Positions 1 through 12,606 of a stretch of DNA of 64,000 nucleotides are shown here, piece after piece; positions within the stretch are counted from its first letter, which is position 1, and each line of letters starts with the position of its first letter. This stretch comes from Octopus vulgaris (taxonomy: Eukaryota). The position numbers were made by a program, and so were the translations under genes. The stretch is from assembly GCA_951406725.2 (NCBI GenBank), contig OX597817.1:86118001-86182000 (forward strand), read 5' to 3'. Below the pieces are notes generated by a model that worked only from the letters and a program-made list of their open reading frames with translations, was not told where the DNA came from and ran no database searches.

Positions 1-37
1 CATGCTAGCATGGAAAGCGGATGTTAAACGATGATGA

Positions 38-75
<38 letters not shown>
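1..75 (+). repeat. 3' tail of RTE/SINE-type retroposon with (GAT)n and (TA)n
   Basis: catgctagcatggaaagcggatgttaaacgatgatgatga, same tail as at 8225-8265 and 19955-19990. Confidence 0.75.
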
Positions 76-77
<2 letters not shown>

Positions 78-304
78 CACACTCTGAGATCAAATCTTTT
101 CAATTCAACTCTGGGGCATGATGCTTCTTTTCCTTTTGATTGTATTTGTAATTCAAAGTTCTAACCTTGCTGTAGTGTATCATACTGATCCGGCTTAAGA
201 ATTGCATCAAAGCTATAACTGTATATGCAATACCCACTCACTCAGTCATTAATTTCATTGGTAGGATTTCATTGCTGTGGTTAATCATAAATCTACCATA
301 TACA

Positions 305-520
305 TATTGTCATTATCATTATCATTTAACATCCATCTTCCATGCTGGTATGAGTTGGGCAGTTCAGCAGGGTCCGATGAGTCAAAAGACTGTGCTATAT
401 TCCAGTGTCTGCTTTGGTATTGTTTCTATGACTGGATGCTCTTCCTATTGCCAGCCTCTTTACAAAGTATACTAGGTGCTTTTTTTCTGTGGCACTGGTA
501 ATGGTGAGGTTGCCATGTAG
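305..520 (-). mobile_element. RTE-tail retroposon fragment
   Basis: Reverse complement of the ccatgccagcatggaa...gttaaatgatgat tail family; related copies at 7068-7230, 47980-48180 and 62110-62290. Confidence 0.6.
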
Positions 521-664
521 CTAGCAATTGCATATGAGAGATGTAAATCAGTTTTGTGAGATGAAACATGTAAAGAAAGTATTTTTCCAAAAGAAAAAAA
601 ATGTTATGCAGCTCACAGATTATTTCATCAATGCCTGTTTTCCTTAGTGATCACTAGAATACTG

Positions 665-975
665 TGTGTGATACCTTGTCAAATGCCTTCTCCTGGTCAA
701 CAAAGTCCAGGGATAATGGTTTACTCTTAGTAAAATACTTCTGCAGTTTCTTCACTAGGAAGATTGCATCTGTCATTCATTTCACAGGCACAAAACCAAA
801 CTGCATTTCATTTATGTCTACCCTGTCATGAATCAATTGTGGTATGACTCTCTCTCTCTGACCTTCATAACCTGATCCATAGTTTGATTCTTCTATATAA
901 TTGCATCTTTCTTCAGTATCACCTTTGCATTTTTAACAGTTTACAATGATATTGCTATGCCAGTCATTGGACCCT
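665..975 (-). mobile_element. RTE-clade LINE reverse-transcriptase fragment (decayed)
   Basis: Minus strand reads EMQFGFVPVK*MTDAIFLVKKLQ-KYFTKSKPLSLDFVDQEKAFDKV. Confidence 0.8.
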
Positions 976-1689
976 TTAAAAATTCAAGTGTAACAGTGTA
1001 ATCCTCTCATATCTGGTTATATTGCTACAGTACACACATTCTCCTCACATTTCTGGTTGTACTGCTACTACATGCACAAACATTCTAGATCCCATTTCAA
1101 AATACCCCACTCACCAATGATACAGCCACTAGTTCAATGGCATATTGTTTCCTTTCTCTGCTTGCTCTCTGATCTAGCTAGCTGCACACCACCACTGTCC
1201 AAACTTTCGTATAATATCTGTTTTCTCAGTTGTCTTTTTGGCTACATCTCATGACCCAAATGCCAACTAAACATTGCATTCAATTCTTCTTTCCCTAAAA
1301 CTACACTATAGAATTCTCTCCTTATCTAACCTACAGATGTTCAAACTGAGCATCAACTACATTGAGCACTACAATCTAGGAGGGTCTGCAAAGATCTTGG
1401 GTTTTTTTTCTACCACTACAACTAATTTTGATAACATTATTTGCTTGAAATTTCTCAAGTTTTTGTAGTGCTCAGTTAAACAAGTCAGAACTTGATATAA
1501 TACAAAATAATATTGTTTTAATCATAATGCTAATATTTGGCTATTAGCTGGCTGCATAACAACATTAATATCTTTTGCCTTAATTAATTTTCCGAAGATG
1601 GTTTTACATTAAAACTATTTTAGGATAAATCAGAATTATTCTTGGAAAATAACACACCATGTTTATTTTGTGCTGTTTTCATTTTCCAG

Positions 1690-1804
1690 ACAATAAGTTA
1701 TTTGAATCTAGCACCACGTTGGTTATTAAAAATGAACAACTCAAAGTAGAAGCTGCTAAATTGAAGGAAGAAAATATCAGTTTACATATAAGAGGAGATG
1801 CTAG
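1690..1804 (+). CDS. ATG16L1: ATG16L1-like internal exon A (first coding exon in window; upstream exon lies outside)
   Basis: ttttccag| acceptor, |gtaagt donor; 115 nt, phase 1 in and phase 2 out; encodes xNKLFESSTTLVIKNEQLKVEAAKLKEENISLHIRGDA, matching YNKLLEKS after the ATG5-binding helix of ATG16L1. Confidence 0.85.
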
Positions 1805-2180
1805 GTAAGTTTCCTTGAATTCAGTGTTTGATAATACTGACAAGCCATTTTATTTTTTTATTTATGGATATTGCAGGATTTAACAAAATATTTTCTACAT
1901 TGTGACTATATATACTGCAAGGTTCCATTTAAAAATTTTAAATGTAATAACATTTGTATTGCTTACATTCACAACATGCTCAAAAGCTATTGTCTATAAT
2001 ACTCAAAATGTTGGAGTTCTTTAATATGATATAATGAATATCTAATTATCATTCATTATAGCATATTAAAGAACTCCAACATTTCTCCAGCTTTTTTCTT
2101 TAAAACAATATTAAAATCATTATAATTAAGCAAGCTATTATTTGAATCTAGGATGAAATAACCTCATGAGGACCATTTAG

Positions 2181-2376
2181 CCCTTTTGATACTGCCCTGC
2201 TTGGGACTGCTCCTGGATTTATGATGCAAAATTCCTGTTTTAAAGTGATCAAATTTACTATGTTAATTTATGTTCCAAACACCAGCTTAATAACAGTCAT
2301 TTTACCAAATTCTTCATTCTTAAAATCGAATGAAAGACAGTGCATATCAGCAGATATACATATAGTAACAAAAGGG
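2181..2376. mobile_element. piggyBac-type MITE
   Basis: ttag|cccttttgatact ... agtaacaaaaggg|ttaa: CCC/GGG termini and TTAA-like target; related inverted copy at 63668-63882. Confidence 0.65.
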
Positions 2377-3410
2377 TTAAGGTTCTCAGAGAAAGAAGTC
2401 TCTGTGATGAAGTGGTCACTAATTGGTTAACTATATGTAACAAAAAAACAACTTTTGTACTGCATAGAAAATTTTCAGTCTTCTTAGTGGCAACTCAGTA
2501 TTTTTTTCCATGCTTGCATAAGTCTTTTACATAACATATTATACATAATCTTTTGTCATCTTGTCTATGGTACCTAACAACCTGCTATCAGGATTCTCTA
2601 CTAGCTACCATATCCTTTTCGGTCTACTTCTGCTACAGGAATTTTACATGATTGCATACATGACTTTTTCATCGAACAATCAACATCTATGTATATCATA
2701 TGTCCATATCAGTCTAGTTACCTCTCCAATATATATTGGTTGATATCTTTAATACCTACCATGTTCTTGTTGCATGTATTAAAGAATTTGATTTTATATA
2801 GGAAATGTGAAAAATGCTGGAGAAATTAGTTTTTAACTGTATCATTCATTTTATGTCTGTTTTACATCCATTTTTCTTTTCATGCTAGCATGGATTAGGT
2901 ATATATATTTGTATCCAGTAATTAAGTCAAATGATTTCAAAGTTCTTCACATGAATTGCGTGCCATATAGATAAGAAAGAAGTTAATTTGATAGTATTTA
3001 ATGAAATTGGATAACAACTGTTTTCTATGCTAGCATTAGTTGAACAGTTTGAAAGGATAACAGTTATGCTTGTTTTCCATACTAGCATGAATTGAACAGT
3101 TTTGTGATCAACTGCTGCTATATTCAGACTGGTGTCTTGTATATAGTTAAATATTTTAAATATTAAACTATCTAACCCTTGTGGTGACTGCCATACCAAT
3201 TAATGTCCACACAATTTCAAACTGCATGCTTTATTTGATCCACAGGAGTAAATTGTTCTCATTCTGTTACTCATGCCAGATATATCTCCATATCTGTTCT
3301 TGTTCTGCTCCTGAACAATGATACAGAGAATAATATGTGTTGCTTTAATATCAGATGTTAGGTTTATATGTTAGGCTTGAGTTTAATATTAGGGTCATTG
3401 AAACTATGTC

Positions 3411-4587
3411 CAGGGTGTTCAGGCTAAATCTGATGATTTATGTCTCCTGTTTTCAGGAACAGCTTGGTATATTGGTGACAGTCAATGATGTTAGAGAGCA
3501 TAAAGGTTAAAGTTGTAGTTGAGAAAAATTTAGCTGATATGGGGGACTGGAAGCTATCTGAATATTAGAAAAGAGTGACCTATATCATGATGATTTGTAT
3601 TGGGTATCAAAATGCCAAATCATACTTGCTGCTCAATGCTTTGGGAACACAGTAAAGGCTGAAAGATGTGAGATGGTCATCTGTAACAGAGACTATGAAG
3701 CCATGGTTAGCAGGAATGGATGCAGCAGGTATTTTGACTGTATCCACATGCTGGAATTCATCCAACAACTACAGGGCAACGTGATAGAAGATTTGAGCAA
3801 GGAAATCTGGGCTTTAGTGAGAGGGATGTGTGTTGAAGTTGCTACCATGAAACTGGCTCTTTGCTACCACTCGTACAAGATGTTCAAGGGACAAATTCTG
3901 ACAGCCAAAGCCAAGGAGAACTGCTTAATGGAAAGCAGAGAAATTCTTGAACAAGCTGAGGCATCCTGTTGAGCTGGAGATCATATGGTTCTTTTCAGAT
4001 GAAAAGAACTTCTGCCAGAACCACTTGCACAACACCTAGAACAACAGGTGGCTTGCCTACAATCCATGTGATATCTCACATACCTTGAAAACTAAGTTCC
4101 CTCAAACTATGGTGGTCTTTGGGTGTATCTTCAGTAAGAGTGATGTTAAACTGCCCCACACTTTAGAACAGGGCCTTAGGCTTAGTTCAGAGGCTATGTG
4201 AAGCTACTGAAGACTATAGTCAAACTCTGGCTGGAGAGGGTTACTGTTGTAAGGCTGTATGTGTGACAGCAGAATTTGGCTCCTTGCCATATGTCTGGAA
4301 AGAGTTAGAAGTGGTTGTTAGAGAATTTCAATGATTTCACTAGTCCTAGTTTCTGGCCTCTTAATTCTCCTTATTGTAATCTCATAGATTACTATGTGTG
4401 GGGAGCAGTTGGAAAAGACACTAACTGCTCTATCTGCAACAGCAAAGCCAAGCTGGTGGTCAAGATCTTGGAGGTGTTCAAAGATCTTCTTGGGTACACA
4501 GCAAGGAACACATGTGCCAGATTCTGGAGCTGTCTTGAGATTGTGGTGGAAACTGAAGGCAGCTATGTTGGATGTGGTGGAACATAA
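3411..4587 (+). mobile_element. Decayed Tc1/mariner-superfamily transposase, maT (DD37D) type
   Basis: WFFSDEKNF, QQ(N)LAPCH and WPLNSPYCNLIDYYVWG motifs; 37 residues between the second and third catalytic positions; stops and frameshifts present. Confidence 0.8.
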
Positions 4588-4589
4588 GG

Positions 4590-5790
4590 TCGTTAATGTA
4601 AAGAAGGAGGAGAGTGGAATACAAAACTGAATCCTGAGGAACACCACAGTTGATTGAGAGTGGGAGCAGAAAGAGCTTAAATCAATGCATACTCAAATGG
4701 TGTGATCTGATTGGAAAGCACTGATCCAAGAGATGAGAGTTGAATGGAGCCTATGGGCAGGCAGTTTGCCAGACATGGTTGAAAGCTTTACTAATGTAAT
4801 AGGGCTACAACATTGCTTTTAATGAATTTCTCTAAAGTGAAATTCCACTGGTGAGTGACATAAGACTGTATGCCACAAGTGGTACTGGGTCTATGGAAAC
4901 CATACTGGTGATTACTGAGTGGAGAAAGAAATTTGTGGTGATTGAGACATCATTGTTAATGACTGTCTCCATTACTTTAGAGATATTTGGTGGGAGAAAG
5001 AAATAGGATAATAGTTGATTATGTCAGAAGGGTTTGCCTTTTTTTGGAATGGGACACATTGTGGCATGCTTCTAAATGTCAAGGTATATCTCTAGAGAAC
5101 AAGAGATTAACGAGTTTCACAAGTATAGAAACAAGTTCAGGGCTGTAAAATTTGAGTTTAATGGAAATGACAGTGCTAGTGGCTTTGTTTATTTAAAAAA
5201 GTTCAGAGTATTTCTGCATTTAGCATGTGTGTATGCATTGTGGGGAATCTGGTAGAGTGGAACAAGGTAGATTTGGAAGGGATTGGCAAAGTGTGTGCTG
5301 TGTGGAGTTGGCTGCAAAGTGAGCAGTGGAGGCTTTCTCCATAGGAGTACTGCTTTTGAAGCCATTATTATTTAGTTGAGATGGGCTTTGTGGTGTAAAA
5401 GAGATCAACAGTGTGAGTAGATGATGAAACAAGTTAGTGTAAAGTGTTGAGAGTAGCAAAGGGTTTGGATTCTGCACCAGCAGCATTGGTGTGTGGTGAA
5501 TGCAAGAGCCATGAGGAGTTGTAAGTGTTGAAGTCATAAAGAATGGTGACTTTGGAGAGAAGATAGGTGAAATAGATGCTCTCAATGCAGGAGGAGGTAT
5601 GATCAAAGGGTAGCTATCATTTGAGAATGATAGAAAAAGCAGATATATTTTGAGAAGTGAGAGAAAACAACTTTGAGCCAGGTGAGCTAGAAGTCATAAT
5701 TGCTGAATCCAGGTGAGATAGTTCAAAGATCGGAGGAATGGAGTTTATATGTGAGCAGACACCACCTTTTGAACTGAAATTTGAGTAGGA
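4590..5790 (-). mobile_element. Decayed LINE fragment (AP-endonuclease region, Jockey/CR1 group)
   Basis: Minus-strand remnants SNFSSKGGVC.. and ICFFYHS.., plus a frameshifted GDFN-region equivalent; purine-rich + strand typical of an antisense LINE. Confidence 0.55.
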
Positions 5791-6124
5791 TGTACATCCT
5801 GGGACCGCAGGGATGTACTGTAGATAGGAATTGAGAAATTTGTTTTACCTCTAATTTCTTTCAATCATTTCCATCCCTCCTGTCACCCAGTTACTTTCAT
5901 TGTTCCCCAAGACACAAGCCAATCATCTCCTTCTGTTTCTCTTCACAACATCCATCACTGACTCTATCTCTAGAATTTGATTATTAGAGCATTACTTGAT
6001 GATAAATGTATTTAGAAAAAATTTCAGTTTGTTATATAATGTATATTTATATATTAAATCTTAATTTTAAATGTTCTGTTTTTCTTCTTTTTTTTTTACC
6101 TTATAATTTTTTCTTCCATTTCAG

Positions 6125-6206
6125 TGGTGACAAAAATCAAATTTCTGATCAAAAACTGTTTAAAAAGCAGGAAGAGCTTACAGAATCCCATCGACAAATT
6201 GCTGAG
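6125..6206 (+). CDS. ATG16L1: ATG16L1-like internal exon B
   Basis: ttccatttcag| acceptor, gag|gttatt donor; 82 nt, phase compatible with exon A; GDKNQISDQKLFKKQEELTESHRQIAE (human KHQEELTELHKKRGE). Confidence 0.9.
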
Positions 6207-6389
6207 GTTATTTTTGCTATATTCCTTGAAACCATATTTCCAGAATTATCAACATTGATACCTAACGAAATATTTTAGCATTTGATTTACCTGTTAATTC
6301 CCAATCAAGCTGATAGAAGTCTGCTTTAACTGCATCCTATCTGTGAGAATGCCTACAGTTAATATAAAGCAATATATTAAAACTTTTTT

Positions 6390-6635
6390 GTGAATGTGCA
6401 TAGCCTAGTGGTTAGGCTGTTGCACTCACATTCACTAGATCATGGGTGCATTGTGTTCTTGAGCAAAACACTTCATTTCATGTTACTCCAGTCTCCACTC
6501 TTGATCAAGTGGTGGGGTGGAGGGGCGGTGCTTGCCTAGCCAGCGGGTTGGTGTCATTTGAAGGCTAAAACAGTACATAGCACATTGTGACCAGCAATGT
6601 GTAACAGCATCTGATAGTCTGATCGGTAATGTGAT
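6390..6635 (+). mobile_element. tRNA-derived SINE
   Basis: A-box tagcctagtggtta and core tgtgttcttgagcaaaacacttca; antisense relatives at 9330-9530, 17780-18025 and 46480-46705. Confidence 0.7.
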
Positions 6636-7269
6636 TAAAACTTTAATTTTATTTACTTGGTTAGAGGAAAGGTATTGTCTTTCACCTGTCTTTTCAGAAT
6701 CTTGAGGCTGGTAGAAAACTGGTATCCATAGGTTGGAAACCTAGCCCAGAAGCTTGCATTACAGTAGACTTTGCTACCTACCCCTCCACCAGGGCCAGAT
6801 GGTTGCGTAAAACTAGGCGATGGATTAGGTTTATCTGCTTTTGATGGCCTTCCACATTGTTTCTACCTACCCAATTTTACCTACAAGCTTTTGATTGACT
6901 CAAGGCCATGAAGCTGCTAGATTTTGAGGTAGAACCCAAAACCATTATTGTAAGCAAACTTTTAATCACATAACCATGTTTGCACTCATTGAATGCAAGG
7001 AAAGTAATTTTTCTGTTAATGAATAATCTCCCAAATCAAAATGTAATGTAGAATAGAGAAAGCTCATATCATTTAATGTCCATCTTCCATACTGGCATGA
7101 GTTGAACAATCTGACATGATCTGACGGGTCTGAGTGCTGTGTCATGCTCCAATGTCTTTTTTGGTAGGATTTCTACAGCTGGATACCCTTCCTAAAGCCA
7201 GCCACCTAAGAATGTACTGGGTTTCTTTTCCTTTACATGGCTCCAGATAGAAAATAGCTCCTACCTCTG

Positions 7270-8268
7270 CTGGCAACTAAGTGCCTCTCAGTCAGGATGA
7301 AAGGTAGACTGTATGATGCATGTGTGCAAACTGCCATGCTACATGGCAGTGAAACATGGGCCATGACTGCTGAGGACGTGTAGGCTTGAAAGAAATGAAG
7401 CTAGTATGATCTACTGGATATGTAATGTCAGTGTGCATACACAACAGAGTGTAAGTGCCCTGAAAGAAAAGTTGGGCATAAGAAGCATCAAATGTGGTGT
7501 GCAAGGGAGACTACTGCACTGGTATGGTCACGTGTTATGTATGGATGAGGACAGCTGTGTGAGAAAGTGCCACTCCCTAACTGTTGAAGGAACCTGTGAA
7601 AAAGGTAGAGCCAGGAAGACATGGGATGAGGTGGTGAAGCATGACCTTCGAACATTGGGCCTCACAAAAGCAATGACAGAAGACCGAGACTTGGGAGACA
7701 TGCTGTGACTGAGAAGACCCGTCAACTAAAGTGAGATTGCAGCCATGGCCTATGCCAGTGTTGCATGTCTGGCCCAGTTAAGAGTACCCCTGATGCATTG
7801 GGTGATATGATATACTTGAGAAGACCTGTTGAGTCAAGTAAAACCAAAATCGTAGCTGTGGCCAGTGCCCCCTGCCTGGCTCCCATGCTGGTGGAACGTA
7901 AAAGCACCATCTGAACATGCTCCATGCCAGGTCCGCCTGACTGGCTCCTGTGCGGGTGGCATGTAGAAAGCACCATCTGAACGTAGCTGATGCCAGTAAC
8001 CCCTGACTGGCTCCCGTGCCGGTGGCACATAAAAGCACTATCCGAACATGATCTATGCCAGGACCACCTGACTGGCCCCCATGCTGGTGGCACATAAAAA
8101 GCACCCACTACACTCTCAGAGTGGTTAGCATTAGGAAGGACATCCAGCTGTAGAAATATTACCAGATCAGATTAGAGCCTGGTGCAACCACTGGCTCTCC
8201 ATACCTCTGTGAAACCATCCAACCCATGCCAGGATGGAAAACAGACATTAATCGATGATGATGATGAC
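7270..8268 (+). mobile_element. RTE LINE 3' end with 3'UTR minisatellite and (GAT)n tail
   Basis: ORF 7406-7708 with RLLHWYGHVLCMDEDSCVRK...GRARKTWDEVV (RTE C-terminus), then a ~65-bp tandem array and a gatgatgatgatga tail. Confidence 0.85.
7861..8105 (+). repeat. ~65-bp tandem array (about 3.8 units) in RTE 3'UTR
   Basis: Units start with gccag at 7861, 7926, 7992 and 8057, each containing cctgactggctcccgtgccggtggcac.taaaagcac. Confidence 0.85.
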
Positions 8269-8664
8269 AATATCAATCTTAAGTTAATTTATTATAAACT
8301 GTTTCTGTTCAAGGTAATCTGGTATAGAAAATGTATTCCAAGGTGAATTTTTTTCTTTGATGAAAGCCACAATATGTTCTAAATTGAAATGTATGTAGTA
8401 TTGTTTTCTTAGCAAGTAAACTGGGACTTAGAAATAAGCAATAAATTAGCTGATAATCCACAAGATAACCTCCTAATGTAAAGAAACACTTGTAGAAATA
8501 AATCTAAATATCTTCTAGGATAGGAATGCAATATATCTTCTGTTGCTTATGAAGATTGGGTATCAGCTAATTATAATAATGTTCAGAGATCAAGTGTTAT
8601 ATTGGATCAGTGGAAGGAAAATTTAATCCAGATATTATGATGTTAAATGATGATGATAACTGTC

Positions 8665-9230
8665 TTTCAACCTTCAGGCATCCTGGGAAGTGACATGCAA
8701 CAACACTCTCAGCATTAATCTGGAAGCCTAAAGAGGAAGCGATTAACTACAAGTGGAAATTCTTTTCCAAAGCTAAATACAATATTAACAGGTCAAAAAG
8801 ATGTTTGATATGTTATCTCGGAAAATATCTATTAAAGAATTTAAGAGCCTCTTAGACTGCTTAAATTCCAGGAATTAGGTTTTTTTTCTTCATGTCTGCA
8901 TTAAAAAAAATACATTTTAGTGGAATTTAAAAACACATTAAACCACTCCCATCTCATTACATATTTTTAACATGTTTGTTGTAACATTTGTTATTTCTCC
9001 TGTGTTTTCTTATGTTTTTTTTGTTGCTTTCCTTTTAAGCATTTCTTGTTCAGACATTATCTGCTTTGAAAGCAGCTTAGCATTCCTGTTCAAACATCAT
9101 CTGCTTTGAAAGTAGCTGGCATATAGACTTGTTCTTATCATCTTGATAAAAAGCAACATAACATTTTCACCAGAAAACTCTGGGTAGTTGTATTTTGCAA
9201 AACTTGTGGTTGTCATTTTAACATTATTTT
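8665..9230 (+). mobile_element. Penelope-like element 3' fragment (GIY-YIG C-terminus plus UTR)
   Basis: TFRHPGK*HATTLSALIWKPKEEAINYKWKFFSKAKYNINRSKRCLIC...LNSRN...SSCLH resembles the PLE endonuclease C-terminus. Confidence 0.65.
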
Positions 9231-9789
9231 TACTCTCTTAGTTGATTGGAGTGCTATTCTACTTGTTGAAACCTTGCCACACACTGTAAATATGTATATA
9301 TATATATATATATATATAATATATGCTGGAAACTCTCCCATTGAAGATGACCTGAACGTTCTGCTTTCGCCAAACAACCTGCACAAATGATTTGTTTGTG
9401 ATGAAATGATCACAGTGCAACGTGAGATGAAGTGTTTTGCTCAAGAACACAATGCATTACCTGGTCTAGAAACTGCTCGCTAGATTGTGAGCGCAACACC
9501 CTAACCACTAAGCTATTCGCTCTCACTTAGTGCAAGACAAGTTTGGACAATGTTGTTTATGGAAGATCAGCAGTTGCCCATACATACCAGCCTCCCCTCT
9601 TCACACCACTGATGTTATCCAATGGGAAGGCAAAGGCTGATACAGCTTGGCACTAGAGATGTTGCAAGTTATTTCTACACACACATGCATACATATATAT
9701 AAAACCTTTGGCATTGAGTTACAGATACAGCAAAACTGGGTACCACTGCATAGTGCCCAAGATCTCAACATCGCTATCAAGATAGATGA

Positions 9790-10060
9790 CCACATACTGC
9801 AACAGTTTGGGTTTCAAGGACTCAGTTCTTCAGTATCCTCCCAAAAAACCTGAGAGGCCTGCATCTTGTGGATGTAGGTGTCTTCAGAACAAAACTAGAT
9901 CTCCTCCTCTCAAGTATGAGCCTGCTGCATGGCAGAGAATGTAGAAGAGGGCAGCAGCATCAAACTCCCTCATTCACCAAAAGCCACATATGTTTTAAGT
10001 AGTGAAGGTGTAGCAAAGGTGGTGCCTGTAGCATGGCTGTAGTTCTCAAGCTGAAACTGG
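9790..10060 (+). mobile_element. CR1-group LINE 3' fragment
   Basis: Remnant CNSLGF-GLSSSVS / VDVGVFRTKLDLLL at the C-terminal end of a LINE ORF2. Confidence 0.5.
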
Positions 10061-11279
10061 TTGTCCCTGTCATTTTTGTTGCCTCTCCTTATTTCTTCTA
10101 TTCATCTGCCTCTACCTCTCTCTCTTCTCTCCCCACATAACCAGTGTTCGGCCAAGCCTAACCTTTCTCTCTTGGTTCTGCTGCCATCCATACAACATCT
10201 ATATTCCTCCCTGTGCCTGTGAAATCTTGTATCCCTGCCGTAAGGCTTTACTTCCACACACACGCCAGCTTAATTTAATTCGTCCTTAGTCGAAAGACAC
10301 CTGTTATGTCCTGTTATTTGTATTTGTGTAACATTCTCCATTTTTTTCCATCCTTATTTTTGTATATACATTCACTGCTTTCTTCCAAGAATCTAATGCT
10401 TTTAGCTAGGTTTTTCCTTGGGGCTGGCCAGATTGGAACAATCTCAAGTATAACCAGCTGAAATTGCAAAGATAATCTGGAACTCGACTGAGGAATGAAA
10501 ACTCTGAATGACCCGTCCTTGTTTTCTCTGTATTGTCTATGTGGATGTTTTGTTGTCCCTTTTTTGTATCACTTAACTGTCTGGATGTTTTGTGTTCTTG
10601 TCCCATTTTGTATTTTTTATATATAATATATATATATGACAATTATTTGTGATGGAAGCAGTATTTATACCAAAACAATTTTTATATCCAACTTAACATG
10701 AATGTCCTGTTAGAACACTGAATACTGCATTATTAGCCTTGAGAGACCCTTTCATATAGGCGCCTGGTGCATAAAAGCACACACATAGATCATAGCAGAT
10801 GAAATTCATCTGCCAGGAATGCCGGAATTCCCATAATATGATTTCTGTCTATTGGACTTCCTCAGTGGGAAGCACTGGTCGCTACATGCAGCCAGATCTC
10901 ACTGCTATGATATATAGAATATCAGCATCTTTTCAGATGCTGATGTCACAAATAGCCGGCAGGCTTATTAAAAATTAATTATTAGAAATGGAAGCAGTAA
11001 AATTACTTTTTAGTGTTAATACCAATATATGTGTATACCTGTGGTACTTAAGTTGGGTGGAATGAGACAAAAAGGTGATGACAGTTTTATGGTTTTCTGC
11101 TGCTCTGAGGTTTGTCTTTTATGTTACTTAACTGACAAGTTATTAGCTTGGTTTCAACGGCCTTAATGTGAAATCGTAGCTACAGCATATCTATAATTAT
11201 TACATGTACTCAATGCCAGTATTATCTATCAACTTATTTCGATAAGTGATTTGAAATAGTATAGTTATTGATCTCTTTG

Positions 11280-12462
11280 CCGCTTGCATGCCCATTGAAG
11301 CCACTCCTTTCAGTCTCTCCCAATAGCTCAGCTGTTCCATTGATCTTCCTGGTGTAGCACTACTGAACTGCCACAAGTTCTGCTATTAATTTGACCATGT
11401 AGGAGGATCACAGTTGAGAGCAGTAGTCCAGATGGCTGAGAACAAATGTCCTCCAGTTTCCAGGTCCCATATTCTGAAAGTTCCCAGAATCCGTCTGACT
11501 ATTTGCCTGCACATTGCGACCATCTTGGTCATGTGCACAGGAAATGAGGCATTGTTGATCATATCAATCCCCAGATTACCTACTGTACTTGACTCTGGGA
11601 TTGCCACTTCTTTTGGTCCAAAGTATCATTGTTATGGCATGTTAGCACAAACTAGCTGATAGCAATTTCCTTGCATTAAATTGCATGTTGTCTTCTTCAG
11701 CCCATTTATATATGGCATCTAGGTCTTTTTGTAGGAGATTAACATCAGAAGATTTCTTGACTGCTTGCACTACTTTTGTGTTGTCAGCATAGCTAGTAAG
11801 TGCAACTGTCTGTGTAACTGATGGCATGTTTGAAAGAGCTACCATAAACAGTAGCGATCCCAAGACAGTTCCCTGAGGCACTTCACTCTCTATTATTGTC
11901 TCCTTGGAGAAGGCTCCATTAGCTGCCACAACCTGGTTTCCTTCTTTTAAGAAGTCATGTAACCCCTCTGCCAATTTTCTGATTATGCCAAGTCTCCGTA
12001 GCTTGTGACATATCATCCCATGATCAACCTTATCAAAAGCTGTTGCAAAATCAAGGTATATCACATCCACATTTGAGTGATTCATTAGTTGTTTCAGTCC
12101 CCAGTTATAATACTGCTAAAGCTGTGTAAGGCAGCTTCATCCTGAGCAGAAGCAATACTGGGTTTCTTCTAGGACCATGATCAATTTCCTCCTGACAATG
12201 CATTTCATGACTTTGCTGACATGAAAAGTTAGAGAGACGGGTCTATAATTTTAAGCATCCTCTGTGATACCTCTTATGGATAGGACATATTCCTTTGATT
12301 AACTTTCTGGGAACCTCCTGGTTGCAAGGAAGCTCTGGAAGAGGATATGTAGTGATCTTGCTAGAGCCCCTGTGCATTTCTTTAGGTGGATTGTTGGGAA
12401 TTCTTCAGGGCCTATGGCTGAGTTTAAGCTCATTTCATTAATGGTTTATATCACATCAGCTT
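11280..12462 (-). mobile_element. Decayed CR1-group LINE RT fragment
   Basis: ORF 11642-12085: VDVIYLDFATAFDKVDHG, VPQGTVLGSLLF, SYADNTKV. Confidence 0.9.
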
Positions 12463-12465
12463 CCT

Positions 12466-12606
12466 GTGTGTGTGTATGTATTTGTGCATATGTAATTGTG
12501 TGTGTGTATGTAATATGTATGTGTGTGTATGTAAGTGTATATATGTGTGTATGTATTTGTATATATGTTTGTGTATATGTATGTATATATAGATGCGTGT
12601 GTGTGT
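12466..12606. repeat. (TG/TA)n microsatellite
   Basis: Degenerate tgtgta/tatatg run. Confidence 0.85.

Noticed and set aside
7861-8105. CRISPR-like array
   Set aside because: Whole units are repeated with no unique spacers, no cas genes, eukaryotic LINE 3'UTR context.
9140-9215. Hammerhead in the UTR of the PLE fragment at 8665-9230
   Set aside because: Only a remote resemblance (cttgataaa..gcaaaac); both catalytic boxes are broken, so it cannot be supported.
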